Of a stretch of 64,000 bases of DNA, positions 1-9,217 are shown in pieces. The DNA lies in NCBI GenBank assembly GCA_001769805.1, contig MEPO01000019.1, positions 37,093 to 101,092 of the forward strand. The letters run 5' to 3'. The DNA is from Bdellovibrionales bacterium GWA1_52_35 (lineage in GTDB: Bacteria; Bdellovibrionota; UBA1018). How positions within the stretch are numbered: position 1 is the first letter of the stretch; each line of letters opens with the position of its first letter. Under the pieces are notes generated by a model. The model ran no database searches and was not told the origin of the DNA. It saw only the letters and a program-made list of their open reading frames with translations. The position numbers and the translations under genes are program-made.

Positions 1-473
1 CGGCTCGGCTTCGAATTCCGGCATTTAATGAGAAGATGATCAGGTTCTTTTCTCCGATCATAAGAAGCCATGAGTGTGAGCAGCCAACTGCAATTCCTCC
101 CTACCTTCTGTCTGCCGTAATTGCGGTTCTAGTTTTCCCCAAACCCATAGCTATCCTCAGCATACTTTTCCTCGCCTGTGGAGATCCACTCGCGTCCGTC
201 TTTGGAATTCTTTACGGCAAGCACAGTATCCGCTTTGCCAACGGAAAATCCCTGATCGGGTCTTTGGCGGGAATCCTTACCTGCGCTGCCATCACCTTTA
301 TGTTTTTGAAAATGATGTCCATCCCGATGCCGGCACTCCTTGCGGTTACGATGATCGGCGGCCTGGCCGGTGGAACAGCCGAAATGGCGCCGGTGGATGT
401 GGATGATAATTTCTCAATCCCGGTGATTTCAGGGTTTGTTCTCTGGTTGGCCTTCATCGTCTTTGGTGTCTAA
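1..473 (+). CDS. Polytopic membrane protein, C-terminal part of a dolichol-kinase / phosphatidate cytidylyltransferase-like (CTP-dependent prenol kinase) family protein. The 5' end is probably outside the window.
   Basis: The frame is open from base 3 with no upstream stop. Multiple hydrophobic helices. The C-terminal 'GGLAGGTAEMAPVDVDDNFSIPV' resembles the conserved C-terminus of this family. Confidence 0.5.
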   Translation, partial: ARLRIPAFNEKMIRFFSPIIRSHECEQPTAIPPYLLSAVIAVLVFPKPIAILSILFLACGDPLASVFGILYGKHSIRFANGKSLIGSLAGILTCAAITFMFLKMMSIPMPALLAVTMIGGLAGGTAEMAPVDVDDNFSIPVISGFVLWLAFIVFGV

Positions 474-595
474 ACGACCCGCCGGGTGTCAAATAGTTCG
501 ACAGCACCCTGAGCCTTCTTCCCTTGAAAAGACAGGATTTTTTACAATATAGATCTGGTATGTACATTGCTCTTTCCACGGTTAGGGGAAGAATC

Positions 596-1438
596 ATGTT
601 CAACCGGCTCAATTACAAAATCGCGCTAGCACTGCTTCCTTTGCTGCCGTTGCTGGCACAAGGGAGCTCGAGCCTGCGCCCGGAGTGGACGAAAAAGTCT
701 TATTACAACATGAATACGAATGAGTCTTTTTTGGGTGCAATCAAGGTGAATGCAACACCAAAAAGTGATTTGGATCTTTCTCTCGACAAGAAATTAGCGA
801 ACGAAACGCAACTCAAGTACGAGGGCATCGTACGAAACTACGAAATGCGACGAACCTACGGCCTGACTGATTCCCAAGAGGAGCTCGACTTCGCCTCGCA
901 AATGGGAGGAATGGCCAAGGACCTGGCTCGTCAGGTGCAGAACACCCAAATCAAGAGAAAAATGAAAAGCGCCCGGACTGCGGCAATGCGAGATGAAAAT
1001 ATCAGTAAAGCCGCCAAGCCGATCGCAATTGCAACGGCAATTACCGCCGCCTGCACAGGCACACCCGTGACCCTGCGTTTCGGAAACAGCACGGAAGTAC
1101 ACAGTATTACCAATGTGATAGAGCAGACCGGACAAATCCAGTTTGTTTCGCCAGAGATCAAGGGTGGAATTGATGTTGCGGTAAAGACGCCGGAAAGGGC
1201 GCGTGAAGTCGCGATACCTGGCGAAAAATACCGTTTCTCGCTTCTGCGAGATATTCCCCTGGTGGATGTGACCAGTGGAATTGCCTATGGAACAACCAGC
1301 ACGGGATTCACTGCCTCCTTGAGCAAGCAGGTTTATGATAATGTTACCTGTGTTGTGGATTCTACGAGACCCCTTTATGAGTCCGCTCTCCCCGCGCATC
1401 AGGAAACCGTGAGACTTCTCTACGGAATAACCTTTTAA
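596..1438 (+). CDS. Secreted / outer-membrane hypothetical protein
   Basis: The track ORF 524..1438 starts at TTG. An internal ATG at 596 follows 'aggggaag' and gives the signal peptide MFNRLNYKIALALLPLLPLLAQG. The C-terminus '...VRLLYGITF' has the terminal Phe typical of OM beta-barrels. Confidence 0.55.
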   Translation: MFNRLNYKIALALLPLLPLLAQGSSSLRPEWTKKSYYNMNTNESFLGAIKVNATPKSDLDLSLDKKLANETQLKYEGIVRNYEMRRTYGLTDSQEELDFASQMGGMAKDLARQVQNTQIKRKMKSARTAAMRDENISKAAKPIAIATAITAACTGTPVTLRFGNSTEVHSITNVIEQTGQIQFVSPEIKGGIDVAVKTPERAREVAIPGEKYRFSLLRDIPLVDVTSGIAYGTTSTGFTASLSKQVYDNVTCVVDSTRPLYESALPAHQETVRLLYGITF

Positions 1439-3876
1439 GGGCGCTCGAATTCCACGAGCGTGGCGCCGGTCCCACCCCTTCCAGGTCCCCCATCACGATA
1501 AGCTTTGACGTAAGGTAACGAGTTGAAGAGCGCCCGCGCCCCCTCTCGCAAAGCCCCGGTGCCGAGGCCGTGAATGACGGTCACTTCAACATACGAACCG
1601 CTTCGGTAGGCCTGATCCAGATAGTGCTCAAGCTTGGACATGGCTTCATCCAGTCTCTCGCCGCGCAGATCAATGCTGGCAGCTGGTGCCGCGGGCGCAT
1701 CGTTCCGTGCTCGCTTACGGGCTTCCGAGCGTCGAATTTCTGCCAGTGCTTTGGTTTCAGATTCGTGAAGGGGCTGGATGTCTTCGGGAGCAACTGTGAT
1801 CTGCAGGTTCCCCAAGGCCACTTTAATATTATTTCCACGGATTTCGAGAATGCTTCCTGTGCTCTTCCATTTTGGGACACGGACCGTCGTCCCAATCTCC
1901 AGTGCCTTGGCTTGGGGCTGGGCGTACTGGGGCCGGGTGCTTTGCTGCTTCTCCAGAACTGCGGCAGCCTCTGGCGCCTCTTCTTTGAGCGCGAGGTCAA
2001 TTTTTTCGGAAGCGGCCGCAAGTGAGTGATCGAACTGTGCCCGCGTGCTGTCCACTTCACGACGAGAACGCATTTGATCCAGCTTCCGGACAGAGGCCCT
2101 GACCTCATCCTCGGCCTGCTCCAGTATCCGTCGAAGTTTCTGGCGGGTGGTCTCCAGCAGTTCCGACGCACTCCTTCCGGTGCGGCTCGTCCACTCATCG
2201 CGAAGTTTCGCGGCCTCATCGCGTAGAGTGACCGCGTCTTTTCGCGCGCGCGCCGCCTCATGGCTATCTTTTTCCAGCTTCGAAAGCATCCCCTCAAAGA
2301 GCCGGTGTTCTTTGGATAAATAGCTGTGGGCAAGCTGCAAAACCGCAGCAGGCATCCCAAGGCGCTCGGCGGTTTCCAGGGCCCGAGATCTGCCCGGTAT
2401 TCCAAGAACCAGTTGAAACGTGGGAGTGCGCGACTCTTCGTCAAATTCCATGCTCGCATTCAAAATGCGGGGATCAGAAACAGCCATTCCTTTGAGGTGG
2501 GGATCGTGAGTCGTTGTTACCAGCAATGCCCCGCGACTCATTACAGTCTCAAGAAACGCGCGGCCAAGTGCTGCCCCCTCTTCGGGATCAGTCGCTGTAT
2601 TCAGTTCGTCGATCAGGACCAGTCCGTGCTCGGAAACCTCTTCGAGAATCTGTTTGAAGCGCAAAATATGACCGGCAAAGCTTGAGAGGTGCTCTTCTAT
2701 GGATTGGGGGTCGCCCAAATCCGCGAAAAATGAATCAAAGAACGGCACTTCCGGGGGTGCGGAAGCCGGAAAGGGAAAGCCGGTACGAGCGCAAAGCCCA
2801 GCGAGGCCCAGACATTTCAGAAGAACGGTCTTGCCACCCGTGTTCGGACCGGTAATCAGAAAACTCCTGATTGAAGCCCCGAAGTCAATTGTGTTTCTCA
2901 CGATTTGCTCGGGCCGTAGTGAAAACCAAAGTAGCGGGTTTGCGCTGTCGGGCAGATAAAAACGGCGCTCTTGCGTGACCTGGATGGTATGCCCTGAATA
3001 TCGAAGACCCAGGGCGGCCCGCGCCTGTACCGCGTCCCAGTGAATCATGATCTGGGCGGCGAGCCCGAGTTCCTCAGTAAAAGGTTTAAGGCGGGCAGAA
3101 GCTTCAGAAAGTACAATAAAAATTTCCTGAATAAGCTCGTTCTGCCGTTGCCTGAGTCGATTGTTCAGAAGAGAGACTTCTCTCGGTTCAACAAATACCG
3201 TCTGCCGGCTGGCCGAGGCCTCGCAAATTATTCCCTCGACCTCGTTTTGTGCAGAGATCTTCACCGGGAGTACATAGCGTCCATCGCGGACGTCGGTATA
3301 GTTTTCCTGTAGAACCCCTTTCTGCGAGAGATCTCTGAGAAGCACGTCCAGTGTCTGCCCGATTTCGCGTTTCACTGAACGAATTTCTGAATAGATCATC
3401 GCCAGGCGTGTCGATGCTCGCTCCGAGAGCTCACCGTCGGGAGTGAGTATCTTTTCAAGTACCCGGAGGGGCTCTCGCGGGTCGGGCAATGCCGTCACTG
3501 CTTTCTGGAAGAGATTACCCGGCAGTTCATCGCGTGGAATCTGGGTCCAGGAGTCCGCAACATAAAGCCAACGTCTGATGGCGACGAATTCAGTCAGTTC
3601 GAGAACCGAACCTCTTTCGAGGCGTTCGAGTGTGCTGGAGATATCCGTCAGACCTTCGAGTGGCGACCAAAGCGCCTGTTTGCCCAGCAACAGTGAAATC
3701 TCTCCAGTCTCTTTCTGGCGCAGGTTCGCCGAGCCAACACTTGCGGCCCACTCTTCAGCACTCTGAAGTGCTTCGATCGAAGCCTTGGCGGGTTCCGATT
3801 TGGCTTCGGCTTTTGCCAATTCCAAAAACCGATTCCATTCGAGAGCATGAGCGGCCTGCTTTAACCAAATCGTCAT
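1435..3876 (-). CDS. mutS2: Endonuclease MutS2 (MutS ATPase core plus C-terminal Smr domain)
   Basis: 813 aa. Walker A 'GPNTGGKTVLLK', a coiled-coil middle region and a C-terminal Smr motif 'IDLRGERLDEA...VIHGLGTGALR'. ATG start at 3876. Confidence 0.9.
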   Translation of the reverse strand: MTIWLKQAAHALEWNRFLELAKAEAKSEPAKASIEALQSAEEWAASVGSANLRQKETGEISLLLGKQALWSPLEGLTDISSTLERLERGSVLELTEFVAIRRWLYVADSWTQIPRDELPGNLFQKAVTALPDPREPLRVLEKILTPDGELSERASTRLAMIYSEIRSVKREIGQTLDVLLRDLSQKGVLQENYTDVRDGRYVLPVKISAQNEVEGIICEASASRQTVFVEPREVSLLNNRLRQRQNELIQEIFIVLSEASARLKPFTEELGLAAQIMIHWDAVQARAALGLRYSGHTIQVTQERRFYLPDSANPLLWFSLRPEQIVRNTIDFGASIRSFLITGPNTGGKTVLLKCLGLAGLCARTGFPFPASAPPEVPFFDSFFADLGDPQSIEEHLSSFAGHILRFKQILEEVSEHGLVLIDELNTATDPEEGAALGRAFLETVMSRGALLVTTTHDPHLKGMAVSDPRILNASMEFDEESRTPTFQLVLGIPGRSRALETAERLGMPAAVLQLAHSYLSKEHRLFEGMLSKLEKDSHEAARARKDAVTLRDEAAKLRDEWTSRTGRSASELLETTRQKLRRILEQAEDEVRASVRKLDQMRSRREVDSTRAQFDHSLAAASEKIDLALKEEAPEAAAVLEKQQSTRPQYAQPQAKALEIGTTVRVPKWKSTGSILEIRGNNIKVALGNLQITVAPEDIQPLHESETKALAEIRRSEARKRARNDAPAAPAASIDLRGERLDEAMSKLEHYLDQAYRSGSYVEVTVIHGLGTGALREGARALFNSLPYVKAYRDGGPGRGGTGATLVEFERP

Positions 3877-3972
3877 AATCAGTTTTTATCATCGCAAAGG
3901 AGGAACAGCCATTGATTAAAATGAAGATCCACGCCGATTGACACATCGGAGTTTGTGTCGCATTCTCGGGCT

Positions 3973-4518
3973 ATGAGCAGTATTTCGCTCGAAACAGTTT
4001 TTGATGAAGTGAATCAAAAGTATTTTGATGGATTCCTTGATCGGCCGGTTCTGCGGTGGAACTCCCGCTTGCGTGCGAGTGCTGGAAGATTCTTCCCGGG
4101 TAGCCGAAAATTCTTTTATGCAGCCCCTCCGGTAATTGAGATCGCAGCGTATTTGCTGCAGGAAAATGAAAGCCAGCAACACGTTTCTGATACGGTTGCC
4201 CATGAAATGATTCATTACTGGCTTTGGGTTCGCAAGAGGCCCTATGGGCATACACCGGAGTTTCATTCGAAGATGAATGCGCTGGGGGTAAGTCGGTATA
4301 ACAAGGTCCCCCGCCTTCGAAGATTTCATTATATTTATCGCTGTGATGGTTGTGGCAAAGAATTTCCAGTAAGACGGAAGCTGGGTACGCTTGCCTGTTC
4401 GAATTGCTGCAAACTGCACGCACGAGGGAAGTATGACTCGAGATTCATTCTTGTCCTAACGCGGACTTTGAGCGCCCTTGAGGCGGCTCAGCTCAGCACT
4501 CAGAAGACCGGGGCCTGA
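3973..4518 (+). CDS. SprT-like zinc metalloprotease-domain protein with C-terminal Cys4 zinc ribbon
   Basis: HExxH motif in 'VAHEMIHYWLW'. 'NSRLRASAGRF' is typical of SprT-like N-termini. Cys pairs at 'CDGCGKEF...CSNCC'. The track start at 3955 is GTG; the first ATG is at 3973. Confidence 0.7.
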   Translation: MSSISLETVFDEVNQKYFDGFLDRPVLRWNSRLRASAGRFFPGSRKFFYAAPPVIEIAAYLLQENESQQHVSDTVAHEMIHYWLWVRKRPYGHTPEFHSKMNALGVSRYNKVPRLRRFHYIYRCDGCGKEFPVRRKLGTLACSNCCKLHARGKYDSRFILVLTRTLSALEAAQLSTQKTGA

Positions 4519-5070
4519 CGACGAGTGCAGGCTTAAAAATAAGAACGCGTTTAGCATCAAGGCGTGATTGATTGTGCCGTTCAGTATTAACGGCGCAATT
4601 TCTTCCAGAGATATTTCAACGACCTCGATCATTTCGCTTTGATCGAGATGCTGTTCCTGTATTTTTTCGACCGGTCCGATTGCAAAAGACCAGCAGCGGT
4701 TGTCCAGAATGGCTGGATTGGGGTGGGTCCACCCCAGGTTCAGACACTGTGATGCGGCCGTGGGCGCGTAACCGGTTTCTTCTGTCATTTCCCGTATTGC
4801 TGCCGCGATATTGTCGGGGTCCGTGGAATCAATCACTCCCCCTGGTATCTCTAGCGTGAAATCCGCGATTCCGGCGCGGAACTGTTTGACCAGGACCACC
4901 TTCCCGTCTGCTGTGACAGGAATAATGTTGGCCCAGTTCTTTGATTTCATCACGAAGAAATCATGCGTGCGCTGGCGGTCATCGGAGCGGCAGCTCCGGA
5001 CAAGCACATCCAGAACTTTGGAACTGTAGATGATTTTTTCCGCCTCGCAAGACCAGCCGTTTTTGCTCAT
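4456..5070 (-). CDS. NUDIX hydrolase (ADP-ribose pyrophosphatase-like)
   Basis: Nudix box 'GGVIDSTDPDNIAAAIREMTEETGY'. The ATG at 5070 overlaps the stop of the upstream AAA+ regulator gene (ATGA at 5067-5070). Confidence 0.8.
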   Translation of the reverse strand: MSKNGWSCEAEKIIYSSKVLDVLVRSCRSDDRQRTHDFFVMKSKNWANIIPVTADGKVVLVKQFRAGIADFTLEIPGGVIDSTDPDNIAAAIREMTEETGYAPTAASQCLNLGWTHPNPAILDNRCWSFAIGPVEKIQEQHLDQSEMIEVVEISLEEIAPLILNGTINHALMLNAFLFLSLHSSSGPGLLSAELSRLKGAQSPR

Positions 5071-5909
5071 GGATGCTGGGTGATTCCATACTGGGAGATT
5101 TTTTGAACCAGAGTCTCCCGATTCATTTTTGCCATTTTGCAGGTGGTATCCACTTCCCAGTTGAAGGTCCGGAGAAGTTCAAGGATATAGGTTTTTTCGA
5201 ATTGTTCACGGGTCGTGCGAAAATCAATCCGGTCGTTTCCGAGGTCCGGCAGATCTGTCACTTCAATCAGGTCTCCCTGCGCAGCTGCAACCGTCAAGCG
5301 CAGGACATTTCGAAGTTCACGCAAGTTCCCGGGCCACTCATAGGAGCGAACGCGACTCCAGGCCTTCGGCGTCAGATCTCGAAGGTGCGCCTTGTGGAGG
5401 TCACGGGTGATTTCCGCGACAATTCCAAGGACGATATCTTCGAATTCGTCTACGCGTTTTGAAAGCGGCGGCATTTCTATGCGGAATACATTGAGTTTTT
5501 GGAGTAGTTCCGAGTTGAAGAGACCAGTCTGGGCCCGGCCTTCCAGTGATTGGCTGGTCGTGGCAATGATCCGGACATTCACGAGCATTCGGATTCCGTT
5601 TGAAATGGGGAGGGATTTTGTCTTTAAAAAAGTGAGTAAATTGAGTTGCTCGGAAAGAGGCCATTCACCGATCTCGTGAATTACCAGAGTTCCGCCCTGG
5701 GCTAGGGGAATATTATCAATCAAGGAGGTGTCGCGAGTCGCCTCCCGGAAAACGCAGGCGGCACGAGGACCGGAGGTATGAATCCACTTTGCGATGGCAC
5801 CCTTACCCGTCCCGCTTGCACCATAGATCAAAGCAGGGGCTGTATCAGCCTGTGCTGCCAGGAGGGCTAGGCGGCGTTGCTGTGGGGGTATGAAAAAAAC
5901 CATCTTCAT
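5067..5909 (-). CDS. Sigma54-activator-family AAA+ protein with C-terminal HTH. It has no N-terminal sensory domain and lacks the GAFTGA loop.
   Basis: Walker A 'GASGTGKGAIAKWIH', sensor II 'WPGNLRELRNV' and a C-terminal Fis-type HTH-like tail. The ESELFGHEKGAFTGA region is absent. Walker B reads 'LVIHEIGE' (His where Asp is expected). The track start at 6008 is TTG; I chose the ATG at 5909 (MKMVFF...). Confidence 0.7.
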   Translation of the reverse strand: MKMVFFIPPQQRRLALLAAQADTAPALIYGASGTGKGAIAKWIHTSGPRAACVFREATRDTSLIDNIPLAQGGTLVIHEIGEWPLSEQLNLLTFLKTKSLPISNGIRMLVNVRIIATTSQSLEGRAQTGLFNSELLQKLNVFRIEMPPLSKRVDEFEDIVLGIVAEITRDLHKAHLRDLTPKAWSRVRSYEWPGNLRELRNVLRLTVAAAQGDLIEVTDLPDLGNDRIDFRTTREQFEKTYILELLRTFNWEVDTTCKMAKMNRETLVQKISQYGITQHP

Positions 5910-5989
5910 AAATTGAGTCCTATGACAGTTAGGACGGTGATAACGCTGTGCGACATACTTGTCAATGATCGTCCTGGGGGGCTGAGGGC

Positions 5990-6433
5990 TTATTTCCAGG
6001 TGCTGCAAGACGGCGCAATGCTGACAAAATCATCTCTGTACCTATTACAGAGTTCAAAAACCTCAGTGCGCGCCTCATGAAGATGCGCGAAAATCCGGCT
6101 GCGGAAAGGCATTTCTTCGATTGGCCCTGTAATAATGCGTCTTTCCGTTCCATTCCAAGCAGGGCAAAGAACTGCCGCGCGCCGAATGATCGAGTATTTA
6201 GCGGTGCTTTGGTAGTTTCCGAGTGATCCTGAGTCGTAGACGAGCGTACAGGAGGTCGCCTTGACCAAACACCAGTCTTCGATCTCACAACCCCTTGGGA
6301 TGAAAAATTCTGGTGCCCCGATTGATCCCAGTTCGGGAGAATCGTAATCGGCAGAGGCTGGCATCGATGAAAGAGTGGCCGCAAAAGCCACTAATCCTAA
6401 TAATATTAATGATTTAAGACGTAAAATTTTCAT
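5990..6433 (-). CDS. Small secreted cysteine-containing hypothetical protein
   Basis: Signal peptide MKILRLKSLILLGLVAFAATLSSMPASA. Six Cys in the mature part. No family recognised. Confidence 0.5.
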   Translation of the reverse strand: MKILRLKSLILLGLVAFAATLSSMPASADYDSPELGSIGAPEFFIPRGCEIEDWCLVKATSCTLVYDSGSLGNYQSTAKYSIIRRAAVLCPAWNGTERRIITGPIEEMPFRSRIFAHLHEARTEVFELCNRYRDDFVSIAPSCSTWK

Positions 6434-6524
6434 CGGGGCTCCCTGTTTTTATGCTCAGCGTAAAGGACATCAGAAATGACAGATTGCGTCATAACTTAAA
6501 CAGCGTACCAATTCAAGAATTAAC

Positions 6525-6545
6525 AGGAAAATTGCTAGGAAAATT
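6525..6545 (+). promoter_or_regulatory. Tandem 9-bp direct repeat AGGAAAATT-gct-AGGAAAATT upstream of the BMP/ABC operon
   Basis: Exact repeat at 6525-6533 and 6537-6545, 12 bp centre to centre, about 45 bp upstream of the ATG at 6589. Confidence 0.35.
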
Positions 6546-6588
6546 CTGCGCATTGCGGCGGGCTCGGGTTTTAGGGTAAAAATTTAAG

Positions 6589-7590
6589 ATGAACTTCAAT
6601 AAAAACGTTGGTCTCCTTCTGGGTGGACTGCTCTGGTCTGCAGTTCAGCTTTCGGCTCCTTTGGCCCATGCGGAATTCAAAGTGGCCCTCGTGCTGGATA
6701 AGGGTGGCAGGGACGACAAATCCTTCAATTCCGCCGCTTATAATGGTGCGACCCAGGCCAAAGACGAATTCAAGCTTCTGCTGAAATACGTAGAGGCCGG
6801 TGATGACAATGCGTACGAGGCATTGCTTCGTTCCTTTGCGCAGAAAAATTTTGATCTGATCATCAGTATCGGTGTTGCCCAGGCAGAGGCGGTGAAGAAG
6901 GCGGCGGAAAAATTTCCTCAAAAACATTTCGCGATTGTAGATGCGACTGTTGATTTACCCAATGTGCGATCTCTGCTTTTTGAGGAACACGAGGGCTCTT
7001 ACCTGGTCGGAGCGGCAGCGGCACTGGTCTCCAAATCCAATATCATCGGATATATTGGCGGCATGGATATCCCACTGATCAGAAGGTTTGAAATGGGTTA
7101 CGCGGCGGGTGCTAAAAAAATCAATCCCAAGATCAAGGTGATCTCGAACTTCATAGGTGTGACCAGTGATTCCTGGAATAATCCTGCAAAAGCCAAGGAA
7201 CTTGCGCTGACTCAGTTCAATGGCGGCGCCGATGTGGTTTTTGCGGCAGCCGGGGCCTCGAATGCGGGCCTGATGGATGCTGCGGAAGAGACCAGGAAGT
7301 ATGCCATCGGGGTGGATTCAAACCAGAACTGGATCAAGCCCGGGCGTGTTCTGACCAGTATGCTCAAGCGTGTGGATACTGCGGTGTATGCTGCCTGCAA
7401 AGACGCGTTTAATAATAAATTCACGGGTGGGGTGGTCCGCTTTGGCCTGCAGAACAAGGGTGTGGATTATGCCGTCGATCAGCACAACGAAAAGCTTTTG
7501 ACCCCCGAAATCAGGAAAAAACTGGATCAACTAAAAATTGAAATCATCAGCCGGAAAATAAAGGTTCCTGATTATTACACAAAGAAATGA
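6589..7590 (+). CDS. BMP-family (Med/PnrA-like) ABC transporter substrate-binding protein
   Basis: Signal peptide. 'VALVLDKGGRDDKSFNSAAYNG' and 'GYIGGMDIPLIRRFEMGYAAGAK' are typical of basic membrane protein / purine-nucleoside receptor family binding proteins. Confidence 0.85.
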   Translation: MNFNKNVGLLLGGLLWSAVQLSAPLAHAEFKVALVLDKGGRDDKSFNSAAYNGATQAKDEFKLLLKYVEAGDDNAYEALLRSFAQKNFDLIISIGVAQAEAVKKAAEKFPQKHFAIVDATVDLPNVRSLLFEEHEGSYLVGAAAALVSKSNIIGYIGGMDIPLIRRFEMGYAAGAKKINPKIKVISNFIGVTSDSWNNPAKAKELALTQFNGGADVVFAAAGASNAGLMDAAEETRKYAIGVDSNQNWIKPGRVLTSMLKRVDTAVYAACKDAFNNKFTGGVVRFGLQNKGVDYAVDQHNEKLLTPEIRKKLDQLKIEIISRKIKVPDYYTKK

Positions 7591-7600
7591 TCACCTGGAA

Positions 7601-9217
7601 ATGACCTCCGCAGACAAAGCGGTACCAGCAGTCGAGCTGCGCGGCTTAAGCAAGGCGTTCAACGGCTTTGCAGCCAACACGGACGTGAATCTGCTGGTTC
7701 GTCCCGGAACCATTCACGCCATCATCGGAGAGAATGGCGCGGGCAAATCCACAGCGATGAAACTTCTCTACGGAATTCACAAACCCGACAAGGGCGAAAT
7801 CCGGATCCGGGGTGAAACAAAAGTATGGAAGACCCCTGCGGAGGCAATCGCCTGCGGCATCGGAATGGTCCATCAGCATTTCATGCTGGCTGGGCCCTAC
7901 TCGGCGCTGGAAAATATTCTGCTTGGAGTCGAATCATCAGCTTCAGCGGAGGGGAGGGCGTCGTTCATTCCCAAATTTCTGAGACCCGTGGGCCGTAGCC
8001 GTGCGATTAGGCAGCTTGATGAGATTTCCTCTCAGTACGGGCTGAAGGGAATTCCCTGGGATACGGAGGTCGAAGCTCTGCCCGTTGGGGTACAGCAGCG
8101 GATCGAAATTCTCAAGCTCCTTTATCAAAATGCCTCGATCCTGATTCTGGATGAACCCACCGCCGTGCTGACGCCACAAGAAACCGTTGAGCTGTTCATG
8201 AATCTGAAAAAACTGGCAGCCGAGGGGAAGTCCATTCTCATCATCACCCACAAACTCAAAGAGGTGATGAACCTCAGCGATGATGTCACGGTTTTGCGTG
8301 GTGGTCGGGTAGTGGGGTGTCGTCGCACTCCGGAGACGAATATCGAGGAACTGGCTGGGTTGATGGTGGGTCGAAAAGTGAATCTGCAGGTGGCTGCACC
8401 ACCTGCTCCGGTTCTGGGTCCGGCGGTGCTTGCGCTGAAGAATGTTTCCTTGAAAACCCGCTCCGTCCACGAAACCGGCATGCACCGTCTCAATGATCTG
8501 TCGTTTGAGGTTCGAAGCGGTGAGGTCGTGGGCATCGCCGGCGTGGAAGGCAACGGGCAATCGGAACTGCTGCATGTGCTGCTGCATCCGCTTGAGTTCT
8601 GCAAGAGTCGCGATGGCGGCCTCTCCGGGGAAATCAACTGCCTGGGTTCCGTAACACACGACGCACGGCGATCGCTTTCGACAAAAAGGATCAGAGATCT
8701 CGGGGTAGGGATTATTCCGGAAGATCGTCACAAGGAAGGTCTTTTGCTTGAACGTTCCGTGGAGGACAATTTTCTACTGGGCCAGGAAACCAGGAAACCG
8801 TTTTCGGTCAGCGGATTCATTTCGGGTGGAGCCCTTCGTGCTGCGGCGAACGTCGCGATCGAAAAATATGATGTGCGGCCAAGAAATCTCACCATTGAAG
8901 CTGGAAATCTTTCAGGCGGAAACCAGCAAAAATTGATCATCGCCCGTGAATTTGAGCAGTCGCCCAGATTTATCATCGCAGCACAGCCGACCCGAGGCGT
9001 GGATGTGGGGGCAATTGAGTTCATTCACCAGAAAATCCTGTTGGCACGCACCGCCGGCGCAGGAGTCTTGCTGATTTCATCGGAACTGGATGAAATTCTG
9101 GCCTTATCAGACAGAATCCTCGTCATGTATGGCGGCAAAATCGTTGCTCGCTTTCAGCGGGGAGAGGCGACCGAACAGGCGCTTGGACTCTATATGGGGG
9201 GCGCAGGTTCCAAATGA
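7601..9217 (+). CDS. ABC transporter ATP-binding protein with duplicated NBDs (nucleoside/sugar importer type)
   Basis: Walker A 'GENGAGKST', second NBD 'GVEGNGQSELL', signature 'LSGGNQQKLIIAREF'. Confidence 0.9.
   Translation: MTSADKAVPAVELRGLSKAFNGFAANTDVNLLVRPGTIHAIIGENGAGKSTAMKLLYGIHKPDKGEIRIRGETKVWKTPAEAIACGIGMVHQHFMLAGPYSALENILLGVESSASAEGRASFIPKFLRPVGRSRAIRQLDEISSQYGLKGIPWDTEVEALPVGVQQRIEILKLLYQNASILILDEPTAVLTPQETVELFMNLKKLAAEGKSILIITHKLKEVMNLSDDVTVLRGGRVVGCRRTPETNIEELAGLMVGRKVNLQVAAPPAPVLGPAVLALKNVSLKTRSVHETGMHRLNDLSFEVRSGEVVGIAGVEGNGQSELLHVLLHPLEFCKSRDGGLSGEINCLGSVTHDARRSLSTKRIRDLGVGIIPEDRHKEGLLLERSVEDNFLLGQETRKPFSVSGFISGGALRAAANVAIEKYDVRPRNLTIEAGNLSGGNQQKLIIAREFEQSPRFIIAAQPTRGVDVGAIEFIHQKILLARTAGAGVLLISSELDEILALSDRILVMYGGKIVARFQRGEATEQALGLYMGGAGSK

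Noticed and set aside
1581-2459. 292-aa ORF inside mutS2 on the same strand in another frame, plus similar shadow ORFs at 7943..8731, 27216..27929, 28852..29463, 36358..37059 and 56679..57236
   Set aside because: All lie fully inside longer ORFs that have strong family signatures. Their translations are Arg/Pro/Ser/Trp-rich, as expected from off-frame reading.
6434-6588. Possible purine/nucleoside riboswitch in the leader of the BMP-type ABC operon
   Set aside because: I could not find the conserved purine-riboswitch junction sequences or a three-way-junction fold. Only short repeats are present. It would need an Rfam/Infernal scan to exclude formally.
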